From contig JAWBCC010000001.1 in NCBI GenBank assembly GCA_038823825.1, positions 30,001 through 62,000 of the forward strand: a DNA stretch of 32,000 bases. Reading direction: 5' to 3'. Position 1 is the first letter of the stretch. Every line of letters begins with the position of its first letter. Source of the DNA: Candidatus Hadarchaeales archaeon (lineage in GTDB: Archaea; Hadarchaeota; Hadarchaeia; Hadarchaeales; Hadarchaeaceae). Below, piece after piece: positions 27,753 to 32,000 of this stretch. A program made the translations under genes and the position numbers. The notes beneath the pieces were generated by a model that had not been told where the DNA came from, ran no database searches, and saw nothing but the letters and a program-made list of their open reading frames with translations.

Positions 27753-29233
27753 AATTTTTCTTCTCCTGATATTTTTTCGACCATTTCAATGGCTTTCTGG
27801 AAAATTTTTCTCGCCCTGTCCTCATTTTGTTGTCTGCACTTTATCATTTCTAGATAGTATTCTTTGAATTTTTGCAATTGGGCCTCAGAGGGAATTGGAA
27901 CAACCAAATTTTTCAATAGGCGTTGTGGTATTGTAACTGTTCCAACACCTCTTTTCAACGCGTTTATTTGAGAAGTTCCATATTTTGATTGCAAGTAAAA
28001 CGCCAAGTAGTATGCAAGCGATTCTTTCTTTGGTCTGATGATGTATATCCAATCATCGGCAACTCCTTGTTCATCTGGCGTAGTAACAACTGCAGCTCTA
28101 CCTATACAACCAACGCCCACGCGAACAAAAAGAAGATCACCTATTTTGACATGCGCTTTTGGGTGGTACATCTCGCTGTTTGGGTCGATATAGTGTCTGC
28201 CTCGATTCTCTCTGCTAAAATCTATTCCCAAAGGAGTAACAGTTTTCGCAGAAATGAAGCGAACCCCTTTAGTTACGAATTGCCTTTTTGGCCCATATTT
28301 TGTTTTTCCACAAAACATTTCCGAAACTAGCTCGCCCAACTTCACTATTTTTTGATTGCTCTTCAAGTGGATGGGTACAAAGTAAAATTCTGGGGACAAG
28401 ACATCAACATTGGTTTTAATCCAAAATGCTGGAGGGTTATTCATCTTTTTTTTCTCTTGGTAAGCCCTCAGAACTAAAGAAAGGTCTTCAAGCTTGTTCA
28501 CTATTCCCATGAAGATATTACCATCATCATTTTCAGCATCCTTTTTTGCGAACAAAACATTAGTTTTTGACGTCGTGTTTTTTGTCCCCCGAAATATTCC
28601 TCTTGGAAGGGAGATTATGCCAAGAATCGAAGTGTTACTATTGATAAATTCTCGCACATCTTGAAGTAAAACATTAGAAAAGATGCTTGAAGGTAGGATA
28701 ATTCCTATCACTCCACCACTAGAGGCCAACTGTATAAACCGCTCTAGAAAAAGGATTTCTATTGCTTGACTTTTTCTCCCTTTCCCAAGTTCAAATTTTG
28801 ATAAAATTTCTTTGTCCTTTACTCTCCCATATTTCGCACTAAAAGGAGGATTACCCACTACGATGTCTGCATGTCCCTCCAATTCTTCACTTAATGGAAG
28901 GAGCCCATTTCTCGGAGCAAAAATCTCGCATGCAGTCTTCAGATTGTCGGGTATTATACTCTCGTCAATATCGATTCCTACAATCCGATTGATTTTTTTC
29001 TTGATTAAAGCTTTAAGGAAAACCCCATCGCCGCAAGCAGGATCAATGGCAAGTTTGGGTCTGCGATCCAAAGATATGACTGCGAAATCTACTATGAAGT
29101 TTGCTACTTCTGGGGGGGTCATGAACTGTCCAAACACCTTTTCTTTTCTCGCAAAGTGTTTTTCTTTTTGATTAATTTCTTTCAATATTCTTCCCCTTAA
29201 GTTCGTTGTGGGATAAGCTTCGGGTTCATACAT
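27749..29233 (-). CDS. N6-adenine DNA methyltransferase fused to a single HsdS-like target-recognition domain
   Basis: GQFMTPPEVANFIVDF, AIDPACGDGVFLKAL, VVGNPPFSAKYG; C-terminal KIVKLGELVSEMFCGK...GDLLFVRVGVGCIGRAAVV...TIPQRLLKNLVVPIPSEAQLQKFKEYY. Confidence 0.9.
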   Translation of the reverse strand: MYEPEAYPTTNLRGRILKEINQKEKHFARKEKVFGQFMTPPEVANFIVDFAVISLDRRPKLAIDPACGDGVFLKALIKKKINRIVGIDIDESIIPDNLKTACEIFAPRNGLLPLSEELEGHADIVVGNPPFSAKYGRVKDKEILSKFELGKGRKSQAIEILFLERFIQLASSGGVIGIILPSSIFSNVLLQDVREFINSNTSILGIISLPRGIFRGTKNTTSKTNVLFAKKDAENDDGNIFMGIVNKLEDLSLVLRAYQEKKKMNNPPAFWIKTNVDVLSPEFYFVPIHLKSNQKIVKLGELVSEMFCGKTKYGPKRQFVTKGVRFISAKTVTPLGIDFSRENRGRHYIDPNSEMYHPKAHVKIGDLLFVRVGVGCIGRAAVVTTPDEQGVADDWIYIIRPKKESLAYYLAFYLQSKYGTSQINALKRGVGTVTIPQRLLKNLVVPIPSEAQLQKFKEYYLEMIKCRQQNEDRARKIFQKAIEMVEKISGEEKL

Positions 29234-29285
29234 CTTCTCCTCAAAATATTATTAAGAGATGAGTAAAAATAAAATTTAACCCCCC

Positions 29286-29455
29286 GCTGGCCAGTCTCCT
29301 CATTCGGGGCAAATCATCTCTCAAGCCCAAGAAAGACTCCTATAGTCGAGTCCAGAAAATCGAAAGGAAGGACGGAGACCAGCACCCATCCTCTCCAGCC
29401 TCTTCCTTCCAAGGATATCTTCACTTCCTGGAAGAGATGACCTCCTCCGGGGAGG
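29286..29455. ncRNA. Candidate structured non-coding RNA or structured leader (strand uncertain)
   Basis: Nested inverted repeats: GCTGG[CCAG]TCTCC 29286-29299 with GGAGACCAGC 29374-29383; GACTC/GAGTC 29335-29352; TCTTCC/GGAAGA 29401-29435; CCTCC/GGAGG 29441-29455. No convincing ORF. Confidence 0.3.
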
Positions 29456-29527
29456 CCCCTTAAAGCAAATCTTGGTGGAGAAAGGGGGAATTGTAAGCTC
29501 CCAGAAGGGAGATTTAAACAAGTTAGA

Positions 29528-29615
29528 TGGTGCGGGGGAGGGGATTTGAACCCCCGAACCCCTACGGGACCAGCGCCTCAGGCTGGCACCTTTGACCTGG
29601 CTCGGCCACCCCCGC
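29528..29615 (-). tRNA. tRNA-Leu (GAG), encoded CCA
   Basis: Minus strand GCGGGGGTGGCCGAGCCAGG...CCAGCCTGAGGCGCTGG, long variable arm, GGTTCAAATCCCCTCCCCCGCACCA. Confidence 0.95.
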
Positions 29616-29655
29616 CAATTCTAACTGGAAGAAAACTTTCCTTTAACTTTTATGC

Positions 29656-30435
29656 CTATTTAAACGCCTTGCCCGCGTCTTCAAAACCCTTACGCAGACT
29701 TTCCACCGCCTTCAGCACGATCTCCTCAGGAGGAAGAGCTCCGCTAGACTCCACCTTGAATATAAACTTCGTCGGATCTCCTTTCACCTCTATCGCATTC
29801 CTCGGACAGACCTCCACACATGCGCGACAGAGTATACATTCCATGAGTCTCTTCACCTTCAGTTCCTTCTCCTCCACCGCTAGCACTTCTCTCGGACAGG
29901 CCTCAACACATTTTCCACACCCGTTGCACTCTTTCCCCACTTCAATGACGGGGAAATATCTGTAAAACACGAGACCAGGCATCCATTTCGCATGATCTTT
30001 TCCAAGCCCCAGCCTAGCATAAATGTTCAGCACGAGCCTTTGTCCTGGCTGAAGCTCTACTATTGGAATCTCATTCGAGACCGGCACGACTTCTTTATCA
30101 GACGATTGTATGTCTCCGCTTTTCACGATCGCTGGTCCTTCCACATCCAGAGACATCTCAACAGTGCATTTTGGACACCCTTTTCCACCACATTTGCATT
30201 CATCCGGGAGAACGTATCCTTTTGCCGGAGTCCTCAGCGGGATCATCGCAAGTCTGTGAGCGATTATCTCGTCGTAAAGAGGAGACTCATTTTCAATTAC
30301 TTCGATTTCATCAACCGCCATCGTTGGAACTTCTCCGATAGCGGCTCTCCTAAGAGAGTTGGCGAAAGCCGGATCACTCCCATTCAGGATGAACTCAAGC
30401 TTTAAACCATCCTTTTTGACGATTTCGATTTCCAT
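29656..30435 (-). CDS. rpoD: DNA-directed RNA polymerase subunit D with ferredoxin-like Fe-S insert
   Basis: FILNGSDPAFANSLRRAAIGEVPTMAVDEIEVIEN...NGCGKCVEACPREV...CILCRACVEVCPRNAI. Confidence 0.97.
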   Translation of the reverse strand: MEIEIVKKDGLKLEFILNGSDPAFANSLRRAAIGEVPTMAVDEIEVIENESPLYDEIIAHRLAMIPLRTPAKGYVLPDECKCGGKGCPKCTVEMSLDVEGPAIVKSGDIQSSDKEVVPVSNEIPIVELQPGQRLVLNIYARLGLGKDHAKWMPGLVFYRYFPVIEVGKECNGCGKCVEACPREVLAVEEKELKVKRLMECILCRACVEVCPRNAIEVKGDPTKFIFKVESSGALPPEEIVLKAVESLRKGFEDAGKAFK

Positions 30436-30437
30436 CC

Positions 30438-30833
30438 TTACACTCTCCTTCCCCTTCTTCCTCCTGGTTTTCTAGTCCCGTCATGCGGTATGGGTGTTAC
30501 ATCCTCTATCCTCCCGATTTTTAAACCTGCTCTAGCGAGTGCTCTTATCGCCGCCTGAGCACCCGGTCCTGGAATTTTCGGTCCGTGTCCTCCAGGAGCC
30601 CTGACTTTTATGTGTACGCCAGCTATTCCCTTATCCATCGCCTCTTGCGCAGCCTTCATGGCAGCCTGAATTGCAGCGTAGGGAGAAGCCTCTTCCCTGT
30701 CCGCTTTGACCATCATCCCTCCAGAAGCCTTCGCAATCGTCTCCGCACCGGTTAAGTCAGTTATGTGAATGATCGTGTTGTTGAAAGACGAATAGATGTG
30801 CGCCACTCCCCACTTTTCTCTCTGTTCAGGCAT
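30438..30833 (-). CDS. rps11: 30S ribosomal protein S11
   Basis: [33 protein letters not shown]...[25 protein letters not shown]...[15 protein letters not shown]-type C-terminus. Confidence 0.98.
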   Translation of the reverse strand: MPEQREKWGVAHIYSSFNNTIIHITDLTGAETIAKASGGMMVKADREEASPYAAIQAAMKAAQEAMDKGIAGVHIKVRAPGGHGPKIPGPGAQAAIRALARAGLKIGRIEDVTPIPHDGTRKPGGRRGRRV

Positions 30834-31339
30834 TACTCACCAGCCTCCACCGCGGCGCCTTTTCCAATTTTCTCAAGCGGAAGGGTGACTTCTATTATAT
30901 CTTCCTCGGCAACTGGAACCATATAGCTCGGAGATTTCATAGCTCTTCCGCCGATCTTTACATGTCCGTGGACAATCATCTGTCTGGCCTGCTTTGGTGT
31001 TCTTGCCAATCCTTTCTTGTAAACTATCCATTGAAGATATCTCTGGATGATGTCTTCGACTGTCAAACCAAGGACATCGTCAAGTGTTGCGTTTTCCCCA
31101 ACCAGCCCAAACTTCTGCAACCTTCTTATGAGTGCTGCCTTCTCCTTCTCAGCCTGCGGGTCGCTCCTCGCCATTAGCTCCCTAGCCTGTGCTCTAAATT
31201 TCCTAAGAACTGTTTGCGCCCTCCAGATCTCTCTCTTTCTTCTCAAACCGTATGTTCGCAAGAGCTTGTCTTCTGCATCCATCCTTGCCTTGTCCCAAGG
31301 ATGCCTTGGTGTTTCATATTTCTTCTTAATCCTCCTCAT
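30833..31339 (-). CDS. rps4: 30S ribosomal protein S4
   Basis: [37 protein letters not shown]...[23 protein letters not shown]. Confidence 0.98.
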   Translation of the reverse strand: MRRIKKKYETPRHPWDKARMDAEDKLLRTYGLRRKREIWRAQTVLRKFRAQARELMARSDPQAEKEKAALIRRLQKFGLVGENATLDDVLGLTVEDIIQRYLQWIVYKKGLARTPKQARQMIVHGHVKIGGRAMKSPSYMVPVAEEDIIEVTLPLEKIGKGAAVEAGE

Positions 31340-31824
31340 TTCTTCTTCTCCTCCTTCTCTTCAGCCTTCGGTTGAGCTCCTTTCTTTCTAACAACTCCAA
31401 CCGTCATTCCTCTTCTACCAGTGGTTCTGGTTCTCTGCCCTCTGACAGGCAACCCGAGCTCGTGTCTGATGCCCCTTCTGCTTCTTATTCTTTTCTCTCT
31501 GTCGATGTCCATCTTCACATAGAAATCGATTTCCGGTCCGACGAGATGCATATCCTTCCCGGTCTCATAATCCTTTCTCCTGTTGAGCATCCATGCGGGA
31601 ATACCATGAGCCAATGGATCCTTTAGAACATCTTCTATTTTCTTCACCTCCTCTTCCGTAAGTGTTCCGATTTTCCTGAATGGGTCGATGTTTGCAGCAT
31701 ATGCCACCGCTCTCGCTAAACTAAAACTCACTCCCTTTATCCCGAGCAAGGCATGGTGAACTGCCTTTTTTCCGTCTAAGTCATGCCCCGCGATTCTGAC
31801 TATGTGCTTTATCTCTTCTGCCAT
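31336..31824 (-). CDS. rps13: 30S ribosomal protein S13
   Basis: [26 protein letters not shown]...[31 protein letters not shown]. Confidence 0.98.
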   Translation of the reverse strand: MAEEIKHIVRIAGHDLDGKKAVHHALLGIKGVSFSLARAVAYAANIDPFRKIGTLTEEEVKKIEDVLKDPLAHGIPAWMLNRRKDYETGKDMHLVGPEIDFYVKMDIDREKRIRSRRGIRHELGLPVRGQRTRTTGRRGMTVGVVRKKGAQPKAEEKEEKKK

Positions 31825-31902
31825 CTTTATAGACTACTGACGTAAGGGTTTTAATCCTTAGGCTTTTCTCCTTTTGTGTGATTTTTCGGTGAAAAACTTG
31901 AG

Positions 31903-31987
31903 CGCCGGGGGAGGGATTTGAACCCTCGAGGCCCAACGGGCCACGAGCTCTCCAGGCTCGCGCCTTACCTGGCTAGGCTACCCCGGC
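31903..31987 (-). tRNA. tRNA-Ser (GGA), no encoded CCA
   Basis: Minus strand GCCGGGGTAGCCTAGCC...CGAGCCTGGAGAGCTCG, long variable arm, GGTTCAAATCCCTCCCCCGGCG. Confidence 0.95.
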
Positions 31988-32000
31988 TCCAATTCTAAAA

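Noticed and set aside
29280-29475. RNase P RNA or SRP (7S) RNA
   Set aside because: I could not find the conserved P4/CR sequences or the SRP helix 8 signature on either strand.
29321-29521. 66-aa ORF MFKSPFWELTIPPFSTK...
   Set aside because: It coincides with the hairpin-rich non-coding segment, lacks a recognisable domain and looks like chance translation.
25213-29615. tRNA-integrated mobile element carrying the restriction-modification-like genes
   Set aside because: No integrase, transposase or duplicated tRNA 3'-end (att) was found near 25.2-26.1 kb or 29.5 kb. Mobility remains unproven.

Overview
Archaeal chromosomal window. The evidence is the S13-S4-S11-RpoD cluster, diphthine synthase, SepCysS, an archaeal-type initiator tRNA and a DUF357-type ORF. 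Most of the window is core metabolism and information processing: purQ (partial), sufS, pscS/SepCysS, trxB, desulfoferrodoxin, a ThiI-like PP-loop protein, two PH-domain membrane proteins, two ABC-2 exporters, dph5, pabB/pabC-like genes, ilvC, ilvD, asd, an Ogg-type DNA glycosylase, rpoD, rpS11, rpS4, rpS13 and five tRNAs. Two regions look accessory. (1) 9.0-14.2 kb is a modular secreted/cell-surface locus. It has a glycoside hydrolase-like protein with two CBM-like domains nested inside its catalytic barrel, a 3xPKD/CBM-like protein, and a small secreted protein whose parts recur in both neighbours. An oppositely oriented, 5'-truncated hydrolase paralogue sits beside them. (2) 25.8-29.5 kb is an A/T-rich restriction-modification-like island. 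It has a beta-order DNA methyltransferase facing a tightly overlapping three-gene operon: an N6A methyltransferase-TRD fusion, a 79-aa ORF and a 224-aa candidate restriction effector. It is flanked by a solitary CRISPR-repeat-like sequence and a hairpin-rich non-coding segment. I also found a likely 2-nt TA-tract frameshift at the sufS C-terminus and an unlisted 52-aa zinc-ribbon-like ORF. All family calls come from sequence motifs read by eye; no database search was run.
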